Source: Candidatus Hodarchaeota archaeon
GTDB taxonomy: Archaea; Asgardarchaeota; Lokiarchaeia; Sigyniarchaeales; SOKP01
DNA: 64,000 nt
Assembly: GCA_048886685.1 (NCBI GenBank)
Contig: JBHLKM010000002.1
Span: 39,532-103,531 of the forward strand
Direction: 5' to 3'
A program made the position numbers and the translations under genes. A model generated the notes under the pieces. That model was not told the origin of the DNA and searched no databases. It saw nothing but the letters and a program-made list of their open reading frames with translations. Below, piece by piece: positions 48,728 to 58,715 of the stretch (within the stretch, counting starts at the first letter, position 1; each line of letters opens with the position of its first letter).

Positions 48728-49645
48728 TTAATAATAAGGTTCCCTCGAATCTACAACTTGTTTAACAATATGTTCATATTTGGATAAGGAATGATGATTA
48801 CGGAGAGCTTCCTTGATATTTTTCCCAAGATCGGATCGATATAAGCATCCAAACAAATTTCCGTCACACCCAACACGTAATTTGGTACATCCCATACAAA
48901 ATTCATGACTTGGAGTGATTGTTTCGATAACAGCAGAATTAGGGAGAATGAACACTTTTCGATTTTGCATTGACCCTCTTATTAATGTTTTATTTGCTCT
49001 AGATTCAAGCTCTTCTATAATAGGTTTGATATCTAAATGATGCTTTTCATAAAAATCTCCATTTCCCCCGACTGCATCAGAAACCTTATGTAATTCAATT
49101 AATTGTAAAATAAAACCATTTACTGTGCAAAAATTGATAAAAGCTTCTAATTCGTTATCATTAATACCTTTCATCAAAACTAAATTTAATTTAATTGGAT
49201 TAAATCCAACCTTCTTTGCTTTTTGTAAACCTTTCAAGACTTTTTTTAAGGTATCTGATCCATACACTTTTTTATATATTTCGGGTTGAAGCGATGCTAA
49301 AGAAACATTAATCCTCTTTAGTCCTGCTCGAAACAATTCTTCCGCCATCTCAGAAAGAAATAAACCATTAGTAGTCATTGAAATATCTTTATAAACGTTT
49401 AAATCAGAAACGTTTTGTATTATTTGTACAATTTCTTCTCGACACAACGGTTCCCCGCCGGTAAATTTAATTCTGGTGACATTTAGAATTTCTGCTAATA
49501 TTTTACATAATTTTGTAATTTCTTCAACAGTGAGTTCATTGGTTCTACTATAGCCCTCACTATCACAGTATAAGCACGAATATTGACACTTTGAAGTAAT
49601 TGAAAACCTAATATGCTTGATTTTTCTATTATAGTTGTCCTTCAT
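48728..49645 (-). CDS. moaA: GTP 3',8-cyclase (radical SAM)
   Basis: CQYSCLYC, TGGEP, TTNG, FCMGCTKLR..CL. Confidence 0.92.
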   Translation of the reverse strand: MKDNYNRKIKHIRFSITSKCQYSCLYCDSEGYSRTNELTVEEITKLCKILAEILNVTRIKFTGGEPLCREEIVQIIQNVSDLNVYKDISMTTNGLFLSEMAEELFRAGLKRINVSLASLQPEIYKKVYGSDTLKKVLKGLQKAKKVGFNPIKLNLVLMKGINDNELEAFINFCTVNGFILQLIELHKVSDAVGGNGDFYEKHHLDIKPIIEELESRANKTLIRGSMQNRKVFILPNSAVIETITPSHEFCMGCTKLRVGCDGNLFGCLYRSDLGKNIKEALRNHHSLSKYEHIVKQVVDSREPYY

Positions 49646-49656
49646 TGATTTGCGAA

Positions 49657-50085
49657 TTATTTCTTTATTTTTTCTTCAACTTTAACGTCATAAATTAATG
49701 TTGAGGGATACTGACCTTCTTCATCCTTCTCATACATCTTTACCACATCCCAAATGTTTAAGAGAGCAACTCCAACGCCTGTTAAAGCCTCCATCTCAAC
49801 ACCAGTTTTGGCTATACTTTTAACCTTACATGAGACTTTTAAGGTTGTGTCGTTTTCAATTTCAAAATCTATTTCAACATTATTAATAGGAATTTGATGG
49901 CAAAAAGGAATTAAATCTGGTACTTTTTTAACAGAATTGATAGCCGCTATTTTTGCTATGGTAAAAACATCTCCTTTCCCGACTTGACTATTTTTAATTC
50001 TTTCAATTGTCTCTTTTTTAAGTCTAATTCTTCCAGAAGCAGTTGCGATCCTCGGAATTGCGTCTTTTTCAGAAATGTCGATCAT
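49657..50085 (-). CDS. moaC: Cyclic pyranopterin monophosphate synthase
   Basis: MIDISEK, LIPFCH, TGVEMEAL, WDVVK. Confidence 0.95.
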   Translation of the reverse strand: MIDISEKDAIPRIATASGRIRLKKETIERIKNSQVGKGDVFTIAKIAAINSVKKVPDLIPFCHQIPINNVEIDFEIENDTTLKVSCKVKSIAKTGVEMEALTGVGVALLNIWDVVKMYEKDEEGQYPSTLIYDVKVEEKIKK

Positions 50086-50108
50086 TTTACTTCAAGTCTT
50101 ATTTCATT

Positions 50109-50132
50109 CGTTGTGGTTGACTGACCATAACG
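50109..50132. promoter_or_regulatory. ModE-like operator upstream of moaC
   Basis: CGTTGT-N12-ATAACG. Confidence 0.6.
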
Positions 50133-50182
50133 TCAGTAATTTATTTTAAATTGAAATTTCTTAAAAACTTCTCCTTTCTTAA

Positions 50183-51274
50183 TTATAAAATTTTTATATC
50201 TGTTGCTTTAAAATTAATATATACTTCAGATCCTTTTTCTAACTCAAGTTTCTCTCTTGAATATTCAGTTATAGTAATTAGGAACTTTTCAGAATTAGTT
50301 CTAACAATTAAGTGACAAATGTTACCAAGATCACGAATATTTTCTATAATTCCTTTGAAGGTGTTTCGATAGCTCGTATTTTTGGGGGGTTCTTTTACAA
50401 TCCCGATACTCTCTGGGCGTATACACACTTTAACTTTCCCTTCCAATTGAGTTGATGATGTTATAGTTAAATCATTAACTTGTATTAGCGTTAATCCAGA
50501 AGATTCGTCAATTTTTGCAATCCCTGTAAGGATATTTTCATATCCTACAAATAGAGCTGTGAATTCATCTTTAGGTGCAGTAAATATTTCATTAGGTGTT
50601 CCTATTTGTGTGAATTGTCCATTATTGAGCACTGCAATCCGATCTGCATATTTTATTGCTTCAATGGGATCGTGTGTACTCATAATAATAATCTTTTCTT
50701 TATCTTGCTTTATTTTCATAATAAATTCTTCTAATAATTTAATGTTCATAGGATCTAAATTCGCTGAAACTTCATCTAATAAATATATCTCAGGTTCAAT
50801 AACAAAATTCATCGCAATTGCTACTCTCTGCATTTCACCACCAGATAAAGCTCTTGCATTCTTATTCTCCATTCCTTTTAATCCAACAAAATCGATAATA
50901 TTATTGACAGTTTCAACATATTCCTTATATCTCATTCCCCTGACTTTTAAACCAAATGCAATGTTATTAAATACTGAAGTGTTTCGAACTACAGGTTTTT
51001 GTTTAACAAATGAGATATTCCTCCGATATTTGACTTTTTCTTTTCTTGAAATTCTTGAAATATTTTCCCCTTTATAACTTATCATCGCTCGCGTAGGTGA
51101 TTCAAGTAAACCCAAAATTCTTAATAAAGTTGTTTTACCACTACCATTTGGGCCTATTATAACAAAACATTCCCCTTTCTTGACTGAAAAATTAATATTA
51201 GAGAGTACTTGAATAGATGTTTTACCGTCTTTATAGTAATCCTTATGAAGATTTTTAATTTGAATCAATTCCAT
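50183..51274 (-). CDS. tupC: Tungstate ABC transporter ATPase with TOBE domain
   Basis: GPNGSGKT, LSGGE, LLDE, C-terminal TOBE (FKATDI). Confidence 0.88.
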   Translation of the reverse strand: MELIQIKNLHKDYYKDGKTSIQVLSNINFSVKKGECFVIIGPNGSGKTTLLRILGLLESPTRAMISYKGENISRISRKEKVKYRRNISFVKQKPVVRNTSVFNNIAFGLKVRGMRYKEYVETVNNIIDFVGLKGMENKNARALSGGEMQRVAIAMNFVIEPEIYLLDEVSANLDPMNIKLLEEFIMKIKQDKEKIIIMSTHDPIEAIKYADRIAVLNNGQFTQIGTPNEIFTAPKDEFTALFVGYENILTGIAKIDESSGLTLIQVNDLTITSSTQLEGKVKVCIRPESIGIVKEPPKNTSYRNTFKGIIENIRDLGNICHLIVRTNSEKFLITITEYSREKLELEKGSEVYINFKATDIKIL

Positions 51275-51275
51275 C

Positions 51276-51971
51276 TTAGTCACCTCTACTCTGGATTCGA
51301 GTTAAGCCATAATTCACAATGAAAGCTATTGAAATTAGGATAATACCTAAAGCAATTGCCATCCCGAATTCACCCATTCGTGTTTCGAGGACGATAGAAG
51401 TTGTAAAAGTTCGCGTTTCCCAGCGTATGTTTCCACCAACAATCATTACAGCACCAACTTCAGATATCGCTTGACCAAATGCTACCAAAAATCCCGCTAT
51501 TATAGATTTTTTAGAATCCTTAATTAATTCCCACCATAGTTGCCGTTCATTAGCACCTAATGAAAGAATCGTCTCCTTCAAAGTAGGATCTACGCTTTCA
51601 ATTGCTGCTTTTGCTGTACCAGTTATTATTGGAACAGCTAAGAAGAACTGAGCAATTATCATGGCACTTGTAGAATAAAGTAAACCTAATGAACCAAGGG
51701 GACCACTTCGTGACAACAACAAGAATATGATTAATCCCATTACCACGGGAGGAAAACCCATAAATGTATTAATTAAATTAGTAATCGTTTTCTTTCCACG
51801 AAACTGTCTTAGACCAATAAATGATCCAATTGGTAATGCAATTAAAGCCGCAAGAAATGTTGATGTTAATGAAACTCTGAATGACACTTCTATAATCCCC
51901 CATAACTCTGGGTCAAAAGTAATCATCAAACGCAGTGCTTCTAATATTCCTTTAATGATATCATTTGCCAT
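51276..51971 (-). CDS. tupB: Tungstate ABC transporter permease
   Basis: PPVVMGL..LSRSGPLG, ISEVGAVMIVGGNI..TR; ATG at 51971 preferred. Confidence 0.9.
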   Translation of the reverse strand: MANDIIKGILEALRLMITFDPELWGIIEVSFRVSLTSTFLAALIALPIGSFIGLRQFRGKKTITNLINTFMGFPPVVMGLIIFLLLSRSGPLGSLGLLYSTSAMIIAQFFLAVPIITGTAKAAIESVDPTLKETILSLGANERQLWWELIKDSKKSIIAGFLVAFGQAISEVGAVMIVGGNIRWETRTFTTSIVLETRMGEFGMAIALGIILISIAFIVNYGLTRIQSRGD

Positions 51972-52052
51972 ATTAAAAAAAATCTTATATTTTTTATTTA
52001 TTTTAACAAATTTAAGAAAAAATAATGGTTTGAATATATACCTGTTATACAT

Positions 52053-53069
52053 TTAAATTGAAAGTTCTGCAAATTCGCCATGATAAGGTTTCCAAATAGC
52101 AATTTCTGCATCTGTGGTTAGACAATTGTGAGTCTCATTACACATTCCAAAGCACGAGTGAAATAAAACAGCATTATTCTTTTTATAAGTGTTAATTAAA
52201 GTTTGACCATAAGGCGATGTAAGAAATCCAACAAACCGACATGCTGCCACAAATTTAACATGTGAATGTAAAATAGGATTAACAGGGATTACTCCATAAG
52301 GATTTAATAAAAAATCTTCCCCTACAACAGATTCAGCTAGAATATTAAGAGTGGTATAAGTATCATTAAAAGAGAGCCATGTTCCCCTATCTACTAAAGT
52401 ATAGCCTCTATCATTGGCATCGTTGTAAGTAATAAGCAATGTATCACCCATACCTGCTCCTACATCTTTATAGTAATTAGTTCCAGCTGTAGTTGGATCC
52501 CAACCTATTTGATCCCATAAACTCAATTCTTTTGAATGTGTTCCCGAGCTATCACCTCTAGAATAGAATGTTGTATTATGTCCTATGGTCATCCCTAAGT
52601 TCAATTTTGTCATTACAGTTGTAATATTATCACCAGGTACTAAATTTGCGGGATTTGATGAATGTCCAACTATCAGAAAGTCATTGTACATTACACATGC
52701 TCGATGAACTCCATAAGGCATCTTATTGTCGCTATAATTTACGAAAGCGTCTTCCCTTGACCTAGAATGAACAAGTATGACATCAGCATCACCACTTTGC
52801 CCATAAGCTATTGCTTGACCAGTACCTACAGACAAAACTCTAATTTTAATTCCCGTTTGCTCCGTAAACTTTGGAAGTAAATAATCTAGTAAACCAGAAT
52901 CATATGTAGAGGTTGTAGTTGCTAAAGTTATTCGATTTGGATTTTGTGAATTCATATAATCAATTACAAAATAAGTACCAATTGTTCCACCAGCAATAAG
53001 TATAAGTGCTATAAGAATCGCTGTTTTATGCTCACTTAAAAATTGTTGTGTTGATCTTTTTGTTGACAT
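52053..53069 (-). CDS. tupA: Tungstate ABC transporter substrate-binding protein, N-terminal TM anchor
   Basis: LATTTSTYDSGLL, VGTGQA, MYNDF, SRGDSSGTH, DRGT, LLNPY. Confidence 0.9.
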   Translation of the reverse strand: MSTKRSTQQFLSEHKTAILIALILIAGGTIGTYFVIDYMNSQNPNRITLATTTSTYDSGLLDYLLPKFTEQTGIKIRVLSVGTGQAIAYGQSGDADVILVHSRSREDAFVNYSDNKMPYGVHRACVMYNDFLIVGHSSNPANLVPGDNITTVMTKLNLGMTIGHNTTFYSRGDSSGTHSKELSLWDQIGWDPTTAGTNYYKDVGAGMGDTLLITYNDANDRGYTLVDRGTWLSFNDTYTTLNILAESVVGEDFLLNPYGVIPVNPILHSHVKFVAACRFVGFLTSPYGQTLINTYKKNNAVLFHSCFGMCNETHNCLTTDAEIAIWKPYHGEFAELSI

Positions 53070-53123
53070 TCTTTATTCTTTTTTTAAATTTGATATTTAT
53101 TCAAATGTTTCTTTGCATTTAAG

Positions 53124-53147
53124 CGTTATTTCCGTTTGGACACAACG
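53124..53147. promoter_or_regulatory. ModE-like operator upstream of tupA
   Basis: CGTTAT-N12-ACAACG followed by AT. Confidence 0.6.
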
Positions 53148-53271
53148 ATCAATTTTATTGAAAAATTGCTAAAAAAAGCTTTTCGATATTTTTTTTTTTC
53201 TATATTGATTATTCAAATGTACTTACCCTTAATCCTAAATATTTTTATTATCGATTAAATTAGAGAGAGAT

Positions 53272-54027
53272 ATGGCAACATGGGGATCTCATTTTCGTAT
53301 TGCCGAGAATATTTTAAAAAAATATAAGAACATCAACCGAAATTTCTTTACAATCGGAAATATTGCCCCGGATTGCGGTCTCCCGAATAGTGATTGGTCA
53401 GCCTTCACCCCTCCTAAAGAAGTGTCTCATTTTACTGTTGGTGATGTAAGTGAATTCCTAGGGATGCAGACAGATAAATTCATTCTGAACGACGTCAAAT
53501 TTTATTCTGAATATTTAAAGGATTCTGAAATAATCTCCTCTCAGAGTGATCGATCATTCCTGTTTGGATATTTTATCCATCTTATAACTGATAATCTATG
53601 GAATTATTACATTATGAAGCCTTTAAAAGAAAATTATTTAAAAGAACTTCAAAATAATCCTAATTTTATTTGGGAAGTAAAGAGGGATTGGTATGACTTA
53701 GATAAAATTTACATTACAGAAAATAAAGATTCACTATTTTGGACTGACTTTCTTGAAGCAGAATATAATGAAGAAATGCTTGACTTTCTCCCAAGAAAAG
53801 GAATTAAACGTCAATTGAAATTTATTAAAAATTTCTATCAAATATCTAATGAAGAATACTTGAGACTTTCAAACAAAAAATTTGTTTATCTTAAAAAAAA
53901 AGAAATGGACAGTTTTATACGAAATACTACTAATGTAATCCTAAAAGTCCTTAAACAGATTATTGATAAGACTTTTGAATTTAACGAAAAAATATCCGTT
54001 TTGGATGATATAATCATTTGGAATTGA
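53272..54027 (+). CDS. Zinc-dependent phospholipase C-like protein
   Basis: TWGSH, GNIAPD, SHF, GYFIHLITD. Confidence 0.75.
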   Translation: MATWGSHFRIAENILKKYKNINRNFFTIGNIAPDCGLPNSDWSAFTPPKEVSHFTVGDVSEFLGMQTDKFILNDVKFYSEYLKDSEIISSQSDRSFLFGYFIHLITDNLWNYYIMKPLKENYLKELQNNPNFIWEVKRDWYDLDKIYITENKDSLFWTDFLEAEYNEEMLDFLPRKGIKRQLKFIKNFYQISNEEYLRLSNKKFVYLKKKEMDSFIRNTTNVILKVLKQIIDKTFEFNEKISVLDDIIIWN

Positions 54028-54125
54028 CTTTATAAATAAATAAACCTCGTAAAGGAGATAATTAGATCTTCCGTCAATCCATAGGATTTATGAATAAAAT
54101 AAGAAAAAAATAAGAAAAAAACAAT

Positions 54126-54854
54126 TTAAGGTAAGGTTACTTTTCCCGTACTTTCATCGAGATTAAGAATTCCCTTTATGGCTAGTTGTTTAATAGTCCT
54201 AACCGCCATAATTGGTGGAACATCCAGCAGTTTCTTCAAGTCATCCAATTTTGCTTCTCCTTTATCCATAATTGTAGCTATTATATCAACTTCATGAATT
54301 TCTTCGTCTGAATTTTCAATCAAAAATGACGTAAAGAAATTTTGCTGTCTCAGTTGGTCAATTTTAGTTTCTAAATCATCCATCTTTTGCTGGTAGGTAT
54401 TTTTTGATTCTACTTCTCGGTTTTCATTTTCAACCGTTTTTTGATCTAACACCGTCTTCTCTTCTTCTTTTGCCATAATTTTTTCATTAAGAGTACTAAG
54501 TTTCTCCTCAAGCTGAGTAAGTTCAAAAGCTGGTTTTTTTAAATCATTAATACTTGTTTCTAATGTGTTAGTTAATTCAGAAATCTTTGAATTTAATTCT
54601 TCTTTCTTCGCTTTTAATCCCTCAATAGTCCTATCTAATTCTTCTGATTTTGTTCTTAACTCAGTTAATTCTGAATTTTGAGCCGATAATCTTTCTTTAA
54701 TAGTTTCTTCTTCTTTTTGCTCAGCTTGCATAAAACGCCATGCTTCTCTTAATTGAGAAAGAACTTCTTCATTATGTTTCTGTAACACTTGCCAGTAGGT
54801 GTCGTAAGCGGTTTCAAACTGTTCTATCAATGCTAATATTTCTTGCGAACCCAT
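54126..54854 (-). CDS. Coiled-coil protein with C-terminal winged helix (subunit B)
   Basis: About 170 aa E/K/Q/L heptads, then KLDDLKKLLDVPPIMAVRTIKQLAIKGILNLD. Confidence 0.7.
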   Translation of the reverse strand: MGSQEILALIEQFETAYDTYWQVLQKHNEEVLSQLREAWRFMQAEQKEEETIKERLSAQNSELTELRTKSEELDRTIEGLKAKKEELNSKISELTNTLETSINDLKKPAFELTQLEEKLSTLNEKIMAKEEEKTVLDQKTVENENREVESKNTYQQKMDDLETKIDQLRQQNFFTSFLIENSDEEIHEVDIIATIMDKGEAKLDDLKKLLDVPPIMAVRTIKQLAIKGILNLDESTGKVTLP

Positions 54855-55600
54855 TAGAAATCAACCTCCCCTTTTAATGTAACTGTTCCTGCGGTTTCAT
54901 CAAATTCGATTGGTCCATTTTTCTGTACCATTTTTGTGAGAATACTTCTTGCTACATCTTCCCTTAACCCCATAGCTTGTACAATGTTCTTTATTTCAAG
55001 AGTAGTATTTGGTTGTAAGGATTGTATAACTTTTAATTGAGCAGATTGCACATACCCCGCTTTAATTAAAGATTTCATAGCGGCTGTTCGCATGGCGTAA
55101 GAACTGCTAAATTTTTCCTTTTTATTATACTCTTCTTGAAGTTGACTCTCGAGTTCTTTCATTTTGTTATCAAATTTCTCTTGAATATCTTTTAATTCTA
55201 CAAGCCGATTTTCTAATTCCTTTAGACGAGTTTCTCGGGTTGTTAATTCTTCTCTACGCGCTGTTATTTTTGTTTGAGTTTCATTTAATTCATCTTGTGC
55301 GTCTTGGATCTTTTCTAATAGAGTTTGTCGTTGATTATTTAGTTCAGCATTGTTTTCTTCAAAAGCAGTAATATCTCGTTGATTTTGAGAAATTTTATTT
55401 TTTAATGAATTAATCTCATCATCGTTTGATTCAATAGAACTTAAATCACTAGCTTTAGTTTCTTCAAGTTTCCCGATCTGTTCGAGTAAATTATTAGGTT
55501 GAGTTTGTAATTTAGGAACTGAATCTGTATTTAATCCATTAAGTTCTTCAATAATTGAAAGTATTTTCTTTAAAGCTGATTTTGTGTCGGTAAGACTCAT
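54854..55600 (-). CDS. Coiled-coil protein with C-terminal winged helix (subunit A)
   Basis: Long heptad region, then EIKNIVQAMGLREDVARSILTKMVQKNGPIEFD; TAATG overlap with the next gene. Confidence 0.7.
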   Translation of the reverse strand: MSLTDTKSALKKILSIIEELNGLNTDSVPKLQTQPNNLLEQIGKLEETKASDLSSIESNDDEINSLKNKISQNQRDITAFEENNAELNNQRQTLLEKIQDAQDELNETQTKITARREELTTRETRLKELENRLVELKDIQEKFDNKMKELESQLQEEYNKKEKFSSSYAMRTAAMKSLIKAGYVQSAQLKVIQSLQPNTTLEIKNIVQAMGLREDVARSILTKMVQKNGPIEFDETAGTVTLKGEVDF

Positions 55601-55692
55601 AATAATTTCTCCTAAAAAATTAGTTACAAATTTCTATAAAATAATAGGGTACGGATTTAAAAAATTTAATTTTTAGAAACTCTAAAAGAAGA

Positions 55693-56532
55693 TTAAATTT
55701 CTTTTGAAATATCTTCAATAAAAGATGACATGCTAATCGGACCATATGGAAGGTTTCTTCTCTGTATAACTATATTAAGATGCTCAATTATTTTTTCTGC
55801 TAAATAATTAAAATCAAATTGAAAAGATGTGGTTTCACGATAATATTTTTTTAAAAATAAATTAATCAGCTCAATCTTATGTTTTGGTTCATCCATATCA
55901 AATAATCCAGGATTAGTATCTAAAAGCGAACAACAAATCCAAGCTAAATCGTCCATGTGATTTCCTTCATAAGCATCTTCAAAATCTACTCCATATAGTA
56001 TATTTTCTGAAAAATTAATAATAAAATCTCTTAGCCTTGTATCTCCCTTATTTAATACAAATAAGTCCTCTAATTTATGCTTTCTAACAGTATTCTTTTC
56101 GTGTAATTGGGCGAGCCATTCAGCTAATTTTTCAATACTATTAATTACTTGATTTTTAATATCTGGAGTTAAATCATTTAACTCTTCAGTATCTCTTAAA
56201 TTATCATTGATAAAATCACATAGATTAATCCCTTGCACTTTTTCGAGGATTAAGTAAGGTTTTTTTAAACCTAATATACTCGGGACAGAAAAATTCTGAT
56301 TTTTTAATCTATTTAATATATTAATCTCACTTACAATGTTTTTCGTCCTAAAAATTTTTATTATAAATTCCTTTGGAAAATTCGGTGGTTGTTTATCAAA
56401 AACTAGATTTATTACTGAATTTTTTCTGCTATTTAATTCAGTTATATCAAAATTATAGTCTTTGTTGCGAAACTCGGGAATAATACTTTTCAGATCTTTG
56501 GCAATTCTAGATTTAATTTTTAAGAGGCTCAT
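55693..56532 (-). CDS. Protein-kinase-like (APH/Bud32-type) phosphotransferase
   Basis: IIKIF, SEINIL, LILEKVQG, KGDTRLRDF, GVDFED, DDLAW. Confidence 0.75.
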   Translation of the reverse strand: MSLLKIKSRIAKDLKSIIPEFRNKDYNFDITELNSRKNSVINLVFDKQPPNFPKEFIIKIFRTKNIVSEINILNRLKNQNFSVPSILGLKKPYLILEKVQGINLCDFINDNLRDTEELNDLTPDIKNQVINSIEKLAEWLAQLHEKNTVRKHKLEDLFVLNKGDTRLRDFIINFSENILYGVDFEDAYEGNHMDDLAWICCSLLDTNPGLFDMDEPKHKIELINLFLKKYYRETTSFQFDFNYLAEKIIEHLNIVIQRRNLPYGPISMSSFIEDISKEI

Positions 56533-56661
56533 ATCAAAAATTTTATTAATTTTGACCTAAATCAGTAATTTTATGAAGTAAATACCAATTTAAATCTATA
56601 TATTTATGTGTTATAGAATTCTTATCAAGTAATTTATATGAATAAATGTGAAATTAGGTTT

Positions 56662-57216
56662 TTATTGTTTTTCTTTCATTTTTCTTAAAATAATATCCTT
56701 AATATCAGAGAATTCAGGTATTACAACAATTCCTTCCATCTTTTTCAACTTTTCAATGTTTTTCACCTCGATATCTCTGATTTTTAGTACTAAAGGAGAA
56801 CCATCTGGTCTTGTAGTAACAATAGGCTCCAAATCTTGATCTGAAGGAAAAATATGGACCTCCATACCACCTTTAATTGCTTGAGCTACACAATTAGTAA
56901 TAAGTGTGTCAGCTATCCCTTGAACAATTTTAGCTACTGAATTTGCAGAAACGGGGCATACCAGAAACATATCATAATTTCCTAGTTGTAAAGGCCCTGC
57001 ATAAAAAGGGATGTTAGGTGTTTTTTCTACCTTAACTTTTTTCACTGCTTCTGTCAGATTTAACCATTTCTTATACCATTTTACTACTGCAGCACCTTCC
57101 TTCGTTAATATCACCGTTAAATCAGTGTTATGATTTTCTTGTAAATCTTTCATTAAAGCTATACATTCATCCAATAGATATCCCGTTCCTGTAATACCCC
57201 ACATTAATTTAAACAA
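56662..57216 (-). CDS. Archaeal flavoprotein AfpA-like
   Basis: WGITGTG, PFYAGPLQLG, ANSVAKIVQGIADTLITN, FPSD. Confidence 0.8.
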   Translation of the reverse strand: MFKLMWGITGTGYLLDECIALMKDLQENHNTDLTVILTKEGAAVVKWYKKWLNLTEAVKKVKVEKTPNIPFYAGPLQLGNYDMFLVCPVSANSVAKIVQGIADTLITNCVAQAIKGGMEVHIFPSDQDLEPIVTTRPDGSPLVLKIRDIEVKNIEKLKKMEGIVVIPEFSDIKDIILRKMKEKQ

Positions 57217-57363
57217 TTAAAACATCTCTCCTATTTTTTAACATATAGATACTTATTCTATGATACTTTAAATTTTTTTTATAAAATCTAAAGAAAAATA
57301 TTATTAACTCAATCATTATAAATAATTAACTGGGATGGTCTATAATTTTTATGATGATGAAAT

Positions 57364-58596
57364 ATGAATGATTCAAAATATGTTTACTTAGATAATGCTG
57401 CTACTACTCCAATGGACCCTCGAGTGATTGAGGAAGTTAATAAGCATTTCAGAGAGACTTATGGTAATTCTATGAGTTTACACTCAGCAGGTCAAAAAGC
57501 AGCTCAATTATTATTAAAATGTCGAGAATCAATAGCAGCTGTAATCAATGCAGATAGGGATGATATATTCTTTACGTCTTCTGGAACTGAAGCTGATAAT
57601 ATTGCGATATTTGGTATTGCTTCAAAATGTGAAAACCGTGGAAACCACATTATTACATCTAACATCGAACATCATGCTGTAGAAAATCCGTATAAACAAT
57701 TAGAAAAGAAAGGATTTGAAGTTATCTTTTTACCGGTTGATAATTTGGGCGTAATTAGTTTAGAGGATCTGGAACAGGCAATAACAAAAAGAACTATTTT
57801 AATTAGCATTATGTTTGCTAACAATGAAATTGGTACAATTCAACCTATTAAAGAGATCGGAGAAATCGCAAAAAAACATGATGTTATCTTTCATACTGAT
57901 GCTGTACAAGCATTTGGTAAAATTCCAATAGATGTAAATGAAATGAATATTGATTTACTCTCAGCTTCCGCTCATAAATTGTATGGACCAAAAGGAGTAG
58001 GGATGTTGTATATAAAAAATAAAGGAGTAAGAAAAGGATGGGGTAAATATATTGAACCTATAATGTACGGTGGTGGTCATGAAAGAGAAATGAGACCTAG
58101 TACCGTAAACATTCCCGGAATTGCAGGATTTGCCAAAGCTGCAGAATTAGCCAAAGAAGAAATCGTTGAAGAAGCTCAACGACAGATAAGATTAAGAGAT
58201 AAAATTATTCATTGGGTTGCTGAAAATATTGAAGATTCTTATCTTAATGGACACCCTAATCAAAGACTTCCTAATAACGTAAATCTCGGTTTTAGATACA
58301 TTGAAGGTGAGTCAATTGTACTAGATTTAGATATGGAAGGTATCGCAACTTCTACGGGTTCTGCGTGTTCTTCGAAATCACTTGATCCTTCGCATGTTTT
58401 ATTGGCAATTGGCTTAAAACCTGAAGAAGCACATGGATCGCTAAGAGTAACTCTAGGAAGATTTACTACAGAGGAAGACGTGGATTACTTTTTGGAAAAA
58501 TTACCTGGTGTGATTGAAAGGTTGAGAAAAATGTCTCCCTTAAAAAAAGGAGTTAAGTATATGTTCTCAGATTCTTCAGACGACCATCAACACTAA
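57364..58596 (+). CDS. iscS: Cysteine desulfurase IscS/NifS
   Basis: YLDNAATT, HTDAVQ, SAHKLYGPKG, STGSACSS, RLRKMSP. Confidence 0.95.
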   Translation: MNDSKYVYLDNAATTPMDPRVIEEVNKHFRETYGNSMSLHSAGQKAAQLLLKCRESIAAVINADRDDIFFTSSGTEADNIAIFGIASKCENRGNHIITSNIEHHAVENPYKQLEKKGFEVIFLPVDNLGVISLEDLEQAITKRTILISIMFANNEIGTIQPIKEIGEIAKKHDVIFHTDAVQAFGKIPIDVNEMNIDLLSASAHKLYGPKGVGMLYIKNKGVRKGWGKYIEPIMYGGGHEREMRPSTVNIPGIAGFAKAAELAKEEIVEEAQRQIRLRDKIIHWVAENIEDSYLNGHPNQRLPNNVNLGFRYIEGESIVLDLDMEGIATSTGSACSSKSLDPSHVLLAIGLKPEEAHGSLRVTLGRFTTEEDVDYFLEKLPGVIERLRKMSPLKKGVKYMFSDSSDDHQH

Positions 58597-58715
58597 TAAT
58601 TATTTTTCGATATATCAAGATAAAATCTATAAAATTCAATCTATTTCTATAAGTTCTATTTTTAAAATGCAAAAAATTCGAAAGGATTTTTGTTAAAGGA
58701 ATTTTCTTCTATTTA

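Noticed and set aside
48728-49645. MoaA lacks the C-terminal GG of bacterial MoaA
   Set aside because: Archaeal MoaA proteins commonly end in a PY/F-type tail; not a truncation
50559-51077. 172-aa plus-strand ORF, and similar antisense ORFs (e.g. 1311, 4299, 5955, 15316, 32015, 45724, 51727, 59858)
   Set aside because: Overlap well-supported genes on the opposite strand and have Ile/Ser/Phe-rich shadow composition with no motifs
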